A stretch of 64,000 nt of DNA from Eledone cirrhosa (lineage: Eukaryota). The first letter of the stretch is position 1; every line of letters begins with the position of its first letter. A program made the translations under genes and the position numbers. The notes beneath the pieces were generated by a model, which was not told where the DNA came from, ran no database searches, and saw only the letters and a program-made list of their open reading frames with translations. The DNA lies in NCBI GenBank assembly GCA_964016885.1, contig OZ024740.1, positions 171,926,001 to 171,990,000 on the forward strand, in the 5' to 3' direction. Shown here in pieces: positions 13,273-26,024 of this stretch.

Positions 13273-15502
13273 ATATTGGCGACCTGCTGGACAGGTCACT
13301 CAAATAATTTTAGTCGATTACAGTACTGTAGTTCAATGTAGCTCAACGTTTTTTTAATTGATCTGTATTTATAGATTTACACAGAGTTCCCTTTTGGCAT
13401 GAAATGGTCAATCGGAAACGACAGTCAAAAACACTTCCACAAGGAGGTATACGTAGTGGGATTGATTCAGAACCTTATGGTGGCAAAGTGAACTTAATCA
13501 CAGTTATGATAACTCTTTCTATGAACTACATGTAGTTAAACTGAACTGTAGATTAGCAGAAGTGTGTCAAACAATATCCGGTTATTGGAAAACATCTACA
13601 AATATATAGTCTTATCAATAGCAGGCATTTAAGATAAAGTGGTGATAATGATAATAATAGTGAAGGTTGTGTTATTGTCGATAGCTGGTGAATTAGTGGT
13701 GATAGTTGTGATGGGATTTGAAGTTATTAGTGCATGTATTTGTTTATTTTCTTTTTCGTGTTTTTTTGTTGTTTTTTTTGTTACTATTTTGTTTGGTTGA
13801 TTTTATAGTTTGGACTGCATAAAGAGGCTGCACTCATGACCTCCACATCCCCTCTGAGTTCGGTGGGGTTGATATGATTGCTGTTCTTGATAAACATAAA
13901 CAGGACTTCTGAAGAGGAAAGATTGGACGTTGTGGTTAATACAGGTAACGGTGAAGTGAAGGAGTTGGCAGAGGTGAAGAGGAGTGGGAGTAGGAGTACG
14001 GGGAGGAAGATAGAATATATAATACATAAATATGCATCTATACACACAAACATGTTTTAAGTCATTGTTGAACCCGTTTCAAGACGAGTTCTACAATTTT
14101 TCGAACGTGAAAGTAGCTGAGTAAACCACAAACACGTATACCATGTAACAAAGCAGACCCTTTCAATTACAGTCACAACTCATTTTTGCAAGTTTAGTAG
14201 ACTAGAGCAACGAGAAATAAAGTGTCTTACTGAAGGACACAACATGCCTTTGTTGGGATATGACCAGCAGGGATTACTGTAGAAGCTGTATGAAAGGTTC
14301 ACCAACACACTTGGAAGAGCAACCATTGCTATTTCTAGTCAGTGATGGAACCACTATGTGGCTCGACCGTGTTGATCAACCTCATCAATCTATGTCTTAC
14401 TGAGAGAAAATCTGTGGGTCAAAGTTCTGATTGTGTTTGTTAGCGACTCAGTACTAGTCAGTCATTTTAGCCCATGATGAACCCTAATCCAACACGGTGT
14501 TTAGGTCTACATTGCCTAGCAGTTAAGAATTTCGCTTCGCAATCACGATCTCCCGGATTCGATCCCATTCTGTGATATCTTGGACAACCTTATTTAACAA
14601 TAGCCATATAGCGACTCAAGCATTATGAGCAAAATAGATTGATAGAAGCTGAGTGGAAGCACATCAGATGGATTGTACGTTTACACTCATTCTTCCCAGG
14701 ATATAAGTGTTTGTGGAATACTCAGTAACACATGAATTTATCGGTTAGGGTATTCAGTTGATCGAACAACTGAATGCGCATCGCTGAAACCGACGAAGAA
14801 TCATATTATCTATTCTATGATACGTTTTACAAAATGGAAAGATATAATTTGATCGCTCTTGGGAGCAATGGCTATTGTTTAGTCTAAGTATGTCTCTGAC
14901 TGAACAAATCAAAGATTTTTTCGGTCACAGTCATCTAGTTTATTTATTTTTTTGTATTGATAGAAAAGTTTCTTCAACCATTGTTCTTCGATTTATTAAG
15001 ACGACAAAGTGAGATTTGAGGAAAATTTGACTGCTATTTTGGCAGGTTGAGTATTCAAATAAGAGTATATACTGCCGATGGAGGAAACGTTGGTTAAGCA
15101 GCGGGGCCGTGGAGAATTTGCAAATTGTGTTGAAAAAGGCTAACGGTTGTTTTTCGATGAACAGAATAAATAATGCATAAATACATATTTAAAGACAGGG
15201 TTGAACCTTCGTCTGTTTCTACGATGCACGATCCAGTTGTTTGAATAACAGAACAGCCTGTTCGTGAAATTAGCGTTCAAGAAGCTGAATATTCCATAAA
15301 TACGTATACACTAAAGATTCTGCATGATGCAGTATGTGACATAGCAGGCCCTTTGAATGGACTGGAGAAACGCATCCTTTGAAATCGAACTCATTATCGA
15401 GAGCCAGACATTGTAAGTCACGTGACTTCACTAAACTAATCTAGAAAATATAGATAAACGTACAGCTGCATATATATATATGTGTGTGTATATATATATA
15501 TG

Positions 15503-15533
<31 letters not shown>

Positions 15534-15603
15534 GTATATATATATATTTCGTTTCTGAATTTGTTTAGCAAGATTCTTTATCTGAAATCGTGTGTTGAAA
15601 CCG

Positions 15604-15664
15604 ATATTGTTATTCTTTGGGAGGGTCATGTTGGCAACATGACCCTCCCAAAGTATAACAATAT
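15604..15664. repeat. 61-bp near-perfect palindrome
   Basis: ATATTGTTATTCTTTGGGAGGGTCATGTTG-G-CAACATGACCCTCCCAAAGTATAACAATAT, one mismatch. Confidence 0.9.
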
Positions 15665-15678
15665 ATATATATATATAT

Positions 15679-15795
15679 ATAGGAAAAAGTATGACCCCGA
15701 CGGCAGAGCTCAAGCCGTTTCGACGGCTATTTCTAGACTCAAATAGCCGTCGAAACGGCTTGAGCTCTGCCGTCGGGGTCATACTTTTTTCCTAT
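15679..15795. repeat. 117-bp palindrome built from hammerhead-ribozyme parts
   Basis: Arms 15679-15732 and 15741-15795 around an 8-nt loop. The right arm reads C-GAAACGGC-loop-GCCGTC-GGGGTCATA. Confidence 0.85.
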
Positions 15796-15871
15796 TTCCC
15801 ACTCTACTACCCTAAGTATTGAGTACTCTGGTGCGTTATGGTCCATCTGGTTCCTTACCACAATTCCTTTG

Positions 15872-15904
<33 letters not shown>

Positions 15905-15996
15905 GCTGTACGTTTATCTATATTTTGTATGTATATATATATATAAGGGCGGTGCCCCAGCATGGCCTCAGCCGGATGGCTGAAACAGGTAAAAGA

Positions 15997-16045
<49 letters not shown>

Positions 16046-16443
16046 CATATATATGTATATATATTTATCGCGAGCGTGCGTGTCTGTGTGTGTGTGTGTG
16101 TCTGTGTGTACGTGCGTGCGTGTGTGCTTATTTCTATTTGTCAAACAAGGTTAAATGCAATAAATCACTTCTCAGCTAGATAATAGCGTGGAATGCCGGA
16201 ATTTGTAAAGGTTTTCAGATAACCGGATATTGTTTGTCCCAGTTGTGTATACCTGTACTTCAATTTGCTTTCGAAACACACGAAGGTGAAAGTTGGGAAA
16301 TTTGTAATACGTCGTGAGGTTTATAGGAAATTTATGTTATTTTAAAGTTTTTAATTTAATTAATACATGTATCTATTGATAATTTCACTGGATCAAGAAT
16401 GTTCCTTCATTTTAGATAAACATACGCATAGATATACATACAT

Positions 16444-16537
<94 letters not shown>

Positions 16538-16695
16538 GTGCGTGTGTGTGTGTGTGTGTGTTTTAAGTATATCCATATGCTTATGTATCGATACATATAC
16601 ATACACATACATACACGCACACACGCACATGCGCACGCGCACACACACACACATATACATACATACACACATGCACACACACATACACACACACG

Positions 16696-16780
<85 letters not shown>

Positions 16781-16879
16781 TTATGCATAATAGCTGACTG
16801 AATATACACGTGCTTTTTCTAAAAAAAACTTTTTCCATTCTTTCTTCTCTCTATCTTTCAATTTAATTATTTATTTCGC

Positions 16880-16955
16880 ATTATAGTGTCTGATGAAAAT
16901 ACCGCCCGAAACGCGAATAATCGTTTCCTTCTATATCAAGCGTTAAACTATTATG
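16880..16955 (+). ncRNA. Degenerate type I hammerhead ribozyme
   Basis: CTGATGA at 16890-16896, GAAACGC...GCGTT stem III, stem I CATTATAGTGT/AAACTATTATG. Stem II cannot pair. Confidence 0.55.
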
Positions 16956-17125
16956 TCTTTTTTGTACTGTGTTATTTGATTTGGTGTTTCCGTTTATGTT
17001 TTGTATATATGCATGTATGGTCCTATAACTCCTGATAGAGTCGTGGGGACACCGTATTGCCATACGGCGTTTTAAGCCTGCCGGAGCCTATCCCTCTCCA
17101 GGCCTAAGTACAGCAGTGTTTTTCC

Positions 17126-17264
<139 letters not shown>

Positions 17265-17409
17265 CGACTTCGAAAGGATGGAAGGCAAAGTTGACCTCGG
17301 TGGGATTTGAACTGAGAGAGCAGAAAGCCGGAACGATTACCGCAAAACATTCTATCCGTTGTGTATGTATGCATGTATGTAAATAAATAAATAAATAAAT
17401 ATATATATA

Positions 17410-17582
<173 letters not shown>

Positions 17583-19019
17583 TTATTTATTTATTTATAT
17601 ATATTTATATATATTTATATATATATATATAGTTATATATATATTTATTTATATATATATATATTTATATATATATTTATTTATATGTGTATGTATGCAT
17701 GTATGTAAATAAATAAATAAATAAATATATATATATATTTATATATTTATATATATATATATATATTTATTTATTTATTTATTTATTTATTTACATACAT
17801 GCATACATACACACAAGCACACAAATAATATAATATTTATGCGTGTGCGCATGTATATGTACATATATATGTTTGAGTGTGTGTGTGCGTAAGTGTGTAT
17901 GTTTATGGTGTGTGGCATGTTACATCATGTTTTAATACCTGTTGAAAAAGAATACAACAAATTTTCATTGAACAACCTGAAGAATGTGAAAAATGAAATG
18001 CTAGTAGGTGGCGTGTGTATTGATATTGAGGTAGGGGAATATTGGCGTCATTCCGACAACCTATAGACATTCCTACGATGAGTGAACGTAGTAAATCGAA
18101 GTTGCCTTTGGTTATTGTTATTTTGAAAGACAAAGCTATGTTGGGAACGTATTACAGAAATTCTGAAGCTCATATGTCAAATAATTTTAGTTTTAGTTTA
18201 GAGGGCATATTTAGTCATGTTATATAGCAGTAAGTATTACGGTAGTTTTCAGACGTTTTTGACAACATAGTTTTTCTATTTATCATACTAGAACATAATC
18301 CATTGGGAAGGTACATGACTTTGTAGTTAGGTTGTTCGGCTCCCCATCATAAGGTGGTAGGTTCGAATCCTGGTGACATATTATTTCACATTATTTCACA
18401 TTTTTAATTTATACTATTCTAATGTGTATAAATACCTCTTTTGAATAAAATATGTTTACTTGTTCGAAAAAGTGCCGTGAGTAAAAAACCAAAGTTTGGA
18501 AACCATGGCACTAGATGACGGGACAATTTTCATTCATTGCATTGAAGTTGAACGATTCCGAAAGAATAAATTTAATACATTTTCAATTATATTTTCAAAT
18601 ATTTACGAATATTATGAAACTATTTGTATTTTCTATTCACGTTACTAATGACTGTGTCAAGTGATGCGTGGATAGAATATAATTAATTGGGTCTTGGCGG
18701 ATTTATATAACATCTAGTTCTATTTATATTTAAGGAAAGACAGAAAATATTCAATCAATGGTTGCTGTTGGTTAATTTACATTTTCCATGTGAATTTACA
18801 AACTGAGTGGTGATGTGATGAAACTTTTTGAGGTGGAATACATTTTGAATAGAGCTCCAGCTGACCGAACACTTGGCCAAAGGTTCGTCATCAACAAAAC
18901 GCGTCGAATTGCAAGGCCATCTGAACGTCGTTTAAAATGCATTGAGTTATTCGCTTCAGCTCTCTCGGAGTTCAAACCCCGGAGAGGTTAATTTTACCTT
19001 TCACTCCTTATAGGGGAAA

Positions 19020-19625
19020 CCTGCCCAATGTACTCTACATGAGTGTTGAATTCCACTGAAGCAGGTGGAGAAATTCAAGTATTTCGGGACGATTCACGAG
19101 TGATGGAAGGCAGGAGTTGATGCAGTAATGCGACAGCTTCAGCATTCGGTCATGGTGACATGGGAGGTAGGTGTACAAGCCAAACTCGCTATCTTCAATT
19201 TGGTATTCGTGCAAACCCTTATCTATGGTCATGAATACAAGCGGCCGAAATAGAGTTCCCCCGAAGAGTCTTTGAAGTAATGTTACTCGATAGAATGCGT
19301 AAGTCGGAGATTAAAGAGCTACTCCAGCTAGAGCCGCCACTTCTCCGAATCGAGAGATCACAGCTCCGATACTATGGACATGTGGTCAGTGTGTCTCAGG
19401 AAAGAATTGATGGACAGATTTTACGAGCAAAACCAAACGGCAGGGAACCCAGGTGTATACTCTGAGCAAGATGGGTGGACAACATCCATATGTTCGCCAG
19501 GTGTTACTTTGGGACCTAAGTAAATCAATTGGTAAGGGTTACTTCTGACATGACCTACTGGAAGGCATGCTTCAGGACTCTTCCCCCACGACCCTCCCAA
19601 GCATACGTGAATGAAGACGAAAAGT
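19020..19625 (+). mobile_element. Decayed RTE-clade LINE 3' fragment
   Basis: Broken frames give FKYFG, LIYGHE and LRIERSQLRYYGHV...PNGREPR. Confidence 0.7.
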
Positions 19626-19669
19626 CTTTATAAATATATACTAAGTCCAGAGAATTGGATTAGCAGAAC

Positions 19670-19860
19670 AGTAAGAGCGTCAGGCTGGATGCTACGGTCC
19701 TTTGTATTCTGTATTCAAATACCATCGAAGTTAACTTTGCTTTTCATTCTTCCGGAGTCAATAAAATAAAGTACCAGTCATGTATTGGGGTCGATATAAT
19801 GGATTTACTCATTCCCTTAAAATTGCTGTCCTTATGCATGAATTAGAAACCATTATTATT
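19670..19860 (+). mobile_element. Nin/Deu-domain SINE fragment (related copies, mostly minus strand, near 17262, 24085, 30280, 31410, 31600, 41713, 51240, 59905)
   Basis: Recurrent core TATCGACCCCGTAAGGATGAAAGGCAAAG...GGATTTGAACTCAG (here in reverse complement), which includes a B-box. Confidence 0.65.
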
Positions 19861-20720
19861 ATTGCCCATCTCCTCATCGATCGCAGTAAGGGGGGAGATG
19901 GTTCAGGGACCCAGGATGCCAAATGCTTCCACTACTATGGGTTCAACGATAAACCTATCGCAGAGTGGCCGATATTTAGTCAATGAATAGTCTTATATTT
20001 AAGTTCTTAGAAAATCTCATTAAACATTCGAATTTTCCATGTAATCAAATTTGCGGTGTAATTATTTATCAAGAGTTTCATTATGACTTAAGGAAAGTGA
20101 AGTCGGAGAATGAGGTACACACCTCCAGTAAATTTAACAAAAGGCGTGTGAAAGTGGCGAAAATAGCGAGTGATTGAGTTTACTCTCAGCTTGTGTCTGT
20201 AACTCGAATAGCGACAGTTGAAAGAGGACACCCACCCTTGATGATTAGGGTAATGGTGAATCTGTTAACCTCAGGTTTTCAGGATTGAATACCGTATATA
20301 ATTTTATGCTACGTATATACATACTTATTATCTATTTTCTCGCAATTCTATGAAAACCTGCACCTTCATGTTTTAATGTTGTAATGCCTCCTTCACCCGA
20401 TGCCCTTGTGACAAATAAAAGAAATCATTATAATCTATGGTATTAATAATTGTGAAAGTATTTAATATGTATTTCTAAAGACAACGCTTTTGTTTTTTTC
20501 TTTGAGTTCGTTTTCTACACTCCTAAACATATTGTTTATAAAGCGACTTCCATTCTCACGCCATCACTTCTTAATATCATCGGCGCCTAGTAAACTGTTT
20601 TTAAGTGTTTACCGACTATAATTCTTCTCTTTTATGTTTACGTGCTATTTGTGTCAGTTAAACGACAAATATTGTAATAAAATCACAACTGACAACTCAG
20701 GCCCAATGCTAAAATCTCTG

Positions 20721-20771
<51 letters not shown>

Positions 20772-20829
20772 ATTATTAGTAGTAGTAGTAGATGCTGCTG
20801 CTGTTTATTCCAAGATTAATTATAATAGG

Positions 20830-23046
20830 TTTAGCAGCATAGTGTATAAATGTTGAGACACGAGTAACATAATAATGATGTCAACAGCAGAAATTAGAGA
20901 TGAAATGTATGTTTATTTTTGTTGTAGCACAAATGTTTGTTAACTTGTATGATTGAAGTTACACATAAAATGAGGTTACAAAAGGGAATGTGCCATTGTG
21001 CCGGAAAGCCGGCAGGCCAAAGTGCAAAATCTCACCGTCACATGCTGTACGTGTTGCTGATTCGAAGTTCCGGGTGCGAGAGAGAGATTCTTCAAATCTT
21101 CGCGGGGAATTTCTCCCTCGGGACGCGTAGGGATACATCCTCTTCTACTGGCGTTGATTGGCTGAGCTGAGCCAAATCACGCACAGAGAATGTATGTGAG
21201 CCCGCGGAATGTAGGTCACTACAATACTCCCCCTCTAGACGGAAGACGATACAGATTATTGAATCAGCAAGAAAAAATGCTGAAAGAGCACATCAGTAAA
21301 ATAATTGAGCACAAGGATGCATGCAAGAAAAAAAATCAGGCGCTAATGGCCGTGTTGAGCCGCTGTGTCAAATGACTAGCTGTTTTGTAGTTTATACGTG
21401 ACCACCAAAGGTCTAACAGAAAACGGATAAAGTCTGACATGGGAGAAGTTGCTGTTCTTGCATTAAATGTTAATGGTAAGTGTTGTACCAGTAGCCGTGG
21501 ATGAAGCTATTATGGTAGTTTACCAGTGCTGGCAAAAAGATGATGGGTAGGCGAGAAAATGTTGGCCTCCCAGATGTATTGCCGAATGTGCTAGGGAGCC
21601 AGGAAAAAATGGCTGGTTGCTTTGAAAAGAAAAAAGCAAGTTGAATCTGTAGGTGGGTAGTAGTTGCAGTGTAAATTCCATAATTCAGGCGAATCCACAG
21701 AAGTGGTGGAAATGCTGACAAGTCCAGTTCTATTTGTTGTTTTCCCAGTGAGTCGGGTAAGGTAACAAGATGGAGGTTGTTATGGACGATGAGTGTGCAA
21801 CGAGATGTGAAACTGTTTGAGTTCAGCTGCGATTAGCATTCTCGTGTTGCGGTGCCTGTTTGAATCCAGGTGAATTAAGCTCTATGAGTCGTTAGCATGT
21901 GTCGGCACCTCAACCAGGTGAAAAGGGATCTCGTAGAATATTACGTTTGAAGAACATATACTAAGAACAACATGTTGGTGGGTGACAAAGAAATGTGTGC
22001 ATATGCAGGCAGGTAATACAACAAATAAATGTGTGGGTGCAGTCATATGTACAATGATAAAGAAAATGATGCAGTCATATATACAATGATAGAATAAAAT
22101 GAATTTCCATATAATACAGTTTTTAAAAAAATAAATGTCCAAAATAAATGCCTGAAAAAAAAAGGAAGAAAGAAAGAATTGTTTCTTTTCTTTTAACAAA
22201 AAGTTCGCTTTTCTTTTCTTTGAAATTTCTTTGGGATCGCTCTTACTAGGGAGCTAGTAGAGTTGTTGTTGTTAAAGCAAAGTCACAATGAATCTTCTGT
22301 AGAGTCGAAGTCGAGCGTTGAAGAGACTAGAGTCACCAATATGGCAGCCACGTCTGACGCCATAGTGGTGAGAAGACTGATGTCTTAATTTCTCGAGTCC
22401 TTGTGGTAACGAGACAGAAGGTATGGTGGTTGCGTCGGTAAAGTTACAAGCTGCCACATCGCCATTCCCTGGTGTTGGTTAATAGTTAGCCATGTGTTGC
22501 TGCTGATGGTTGTAACTTGGTGGTAGCCGTTTTGAAATTTACTCGTGGCATAAATTTTTTTTTTTTTTTTATACACTGCCAATTTTAATCTCATTTCAAA
22601 AGGAATATTTTGAGCTGAAAATATTCATCACGTCGGGTTCACCACTTTTAGCAGCATAGTGTATAAATGTTATTGAGACACGAGTAACATAATAATGATG
22701 TCAACAGCAGAAATTAGAGATGAAATGTATGTTTATTTTTGTTTTAGTACAAATAATGTTTGTTAACTTGCATGGTTGAATTTACACATAAAATGAGGTT
22801 ACAAAAGGGAATGTGCGATTGTGCCGGAAAGCCGGCAGGCCAAAGTGCAAAATCTCACCGTCACATGTTGTACGTGTTGCTGATTCGAAGTTCCGTGTGC
22901 GAGAGAGAGATTCTTCAAATCTTCGCGGGGAATTTCTCCCTCAGGGCGCGTAGGGATACATCCTCTTCTACTGGCGTTGATTGGCTGAGCTGAGCCAAAT
23001 CACGCACAGAGAATGTATGTGAGCCCGCGGAATGTAGGTCACTACA
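20830..23046 (-). mobile_element. Non-autonomous LTR retrotransposon (probably Ty3/Gypsy-type), 2.2 kb
   Basis: LTRs 20830-21223 and 22647-23046. TSD TAGG (20826-20829, 23047-23050). PBS at 22627-22644. PPT AGAGGGGGAG at ~21227-21236. No gag/pol ORF. Confidence 0.92.
22627..22644 (-). promoter_or_regulatory. Primer-binding site complementary to tRNA-Trp
   Basis: TGGTGAACCCGACGTGAT lies 2 nt from the 5' LTR and is one base different from the classical tRNA-Trp PBS TGGTGACCCCGACGTGAT. Confidence 0.85.
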
Positions 23047-24308
23047 TAGGGAAAAACCCGTTCTAATCATGACCATCTGATCCTTTATTCAGCCATAATG
23101 TATCTCCTTCCTTTTTTAAAAAAAATATGATAGGGTGTGATTCGGGAGAGATTCGGTTGATATTTCTAGTAGATTGAGTAAACGCTGACTCGTGAAGATT
23201 ATTGGTTATGGTAATTGCTGGCCTTGTGCCTAACGTAGAAACAATTATTGATTATGGTGGGAAATTGACAGCTATATTAGTTTTACTGGTGATGGTAATA
23301 TTCTTGATTCAAGATGGCAATGTTTCATTTCGGGAAGACTTGGTTGCTATTTCTAACGGGTTGTGGTGTTTAATCACAGGTCAGCTCTGGCTAACTGACC
23401 TATTGTCAAAAGTTTTCCAGTCCTAAGAATCCCGTCATTCTCCTACGAACAAGGAACCCAAGATCACATTATGTAAAGTTACCTTTTGAAAGAGAGTAAG
23501 TAGTGATATTAAGGAATCTTGGCTGCTATATATAGTAGGTCAAGCAACTACACATTTCAATACTCTAGATCTTCTATTCAAACAGTAATCCTCCACATGG
23601 GAGGGATCTGTAGAGATTGATACGGCGGAGAAACATTGTTGTATACAAACATGTTGAAAGATAGAAAAGGCGCGTGTTGTATTCCTACTCTAAAGAAACT
23701 AGATACAGCACCAGTGCATTATAGCATGTGTAAAGTTGTTCTAACCACATTACCGCAGAAAGAAGACAAAGTCTTTATTATGTATTAATCGGGGTTTAGA
23801 ACTCTATGTATGTATGTATGTATGTATGTATGTATGTATGTATGTATGTATGTATGTATGTATGTATGTATGTATGTATGTATGTATGTGTGTATGCATG
23901 TATTTATTTATGTATGTATGTATGTATGTGTGTGTGTATGTATGTGTGTATGTATGTATGTGTGTATGTATGTATGTATGTATGTATGTATGTATGTATG
24001 TATGTATGTACATCACCATCACCAGCGACCGGGCCTTAAGAAAACAACTTTAATAGTAATTTTTCTGCTTTTGACACGGATCCAGCGACTGGCCCAGCGC
24101 ATCACTGGTACTCTCTTTTGTTGACTCCGTGGGGATGAAAGGCAAGGTTGACCTCAGCGGGATTTAAGCTCAGAGCGTGGAGAGCCATAACTCTATGCTG
24201 TAAAGCAATTATAATAATACTGGACTGTAATACGATCGGCTTCAACTATACAAACTCTTGAAAGTCAACAGTTGACATAATCTTGTAATCTTGTATCAGT
24301 AATGACGG

Positions 24309-24398
<90 letters not shown>

Positions 24399-24882
24399 AA
24401 GTGAGTAGCGCGTGTGTGTTTGATTGTATGTATGAGTGTTGCTGTGTGCGCGCGTATGTATGCGTGTGTGTGCGCGCATATGTATGCGCGTGTGTGTATG
24501 TCGTACGTATAAGTGTCAATAAGTGAGTTTTTTTAGTTTTTTTTTGCGCGGGGACACAGAAATAATCGGGCTGGATGCCTGATCGCGCAGTTAAACCACT
24601 GGGAGTGAAGAACCCCTAGCCCTTGTCAGGGCATTCTTCTAGGAGAAGGCATCCCAGGAAACTGGGTTAACTCCGACATAAAACCTGCGGCTCAGGAGTT
24701 ACCGATGATGTTGATCTTTTCTTCTTTTCGGGTTATAGCTACTGTCGCTCAGAGAGTGGGATTGGCTCAGTGCACAGTCTTTCCTCACTTTAAAAATATT
24801 CGTCACGCACAGGCATTGCGCGAGTGCATTAATAATTATTAATAGTGTACTATTATTATTATTATTATTATTACTATTATTA

Positions 24883-24914
<32 letters not shown>

Positions 24915-24921
24915 CAATTCA

Positions 24922-25896
24922 ATGATGTTCCAGAACAATATAAAAGAGATAATTGGCAATTTAGGTTCTGGAACAAAAAAGATAATTGGCAATAAGGGCA
25001 GGGGCCCCAGGTTATCACAGCCTGGGCCCGCTCGTCATCGTGCCATTGTAATAGAGCCAAACAAGGCATTTAGTCTTGGCTGCTGGAACGTACGGACGCT
25101 GCTTGACAGGGATTCCTTGGAGCGTCCTGAACGAAGGACCGCTCTTGTTGCAAAGGAGCTTCGACGTTACGATCTTGACACCGTGGCTTTATCTGAGACG
25201 AGGTTAGCTGGAGATGGTCATCTTACAGAATTTTGTGGAGAATATACATTCTTCTGGAAAGGAAGAGATGAAGGAACCAGAAGAGAGGCTGGGGTAGGAT
25301 TTGCTGTTAAGACTGTACTTGTGAATAAATTAGAAGAATACCCAGTAGGGATTAGTGAGCGTCTTATGTCCATGAGAGTTCCGCTGGACAAAGGAAGATA
25401 TGCGACCCTGGTGAGTGTGTATGCTCCAACTATGAATTCTGTCGATGAAGAAAAAGTGTCCTTTTACCATGCCTTGAAAGGTGTTTTAAGAAATATCCCT
25501 CAGGCAGACAACGTCATCGTGCTTGGTGACTTTAATGCTAGAGTGGGTAGGGATTTTAACACATGGAATGTAATCGGAAGGCATGGGGTGGTAAAGTGTA
25601 ACAACAATGGTATGCTCCTGCTGCAGATGTGTGAGGAGCTGGATCTGTGTGTTACCAACACCATGTTCCAACAAAAGAACAAATTCAAGACCACATGGAT
25701 GCATCCTGCATCTAAGGAATGGCATATTTTGGACTACGTCCTAGTCAGGAGGCGTGACAGACAGGATGTGCAGTGTGTTCGTGCTCTTCGTGGAGCTGAG
25801 TGCTGGACGGACCACCGCCTGGTACGCGCAAAAGTGAAACTAATCACTAAACGTAAAATCCGGGCTCTCCTGGAGTTGCCCTGCCCAAAAGATTGA
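24922..25896 (+). pseudogene. RTE apurinic-like endonuclease domain
   Basis: WNVRTL, ALSETR, GVGF, VYAPT, LGDFNARVG, LDYVLV, TDH. Confidence 0.9.
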
Positions 25897-26024
25897 ATGC
25901 TGCTCGTCTTAAGGATAAAAATGTGAAGAGGACATTTGAAGAAAAGATGCAGGCTGCAGATCTTGGTGAGGATTTGCCGACCCTTAAAAAGTCGGTTTAT
26001 GATGTAGGCTGCCGTGTTCTGTGA

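Noticed and set aside
13809-13944. Exon-like segment with a T-rich AG acceptor and CAG|GTAAC donor
   Set aside because: Stops in all three frames and no recognisable protein. It could only be a non-coding exon, which needs RNA evidence.
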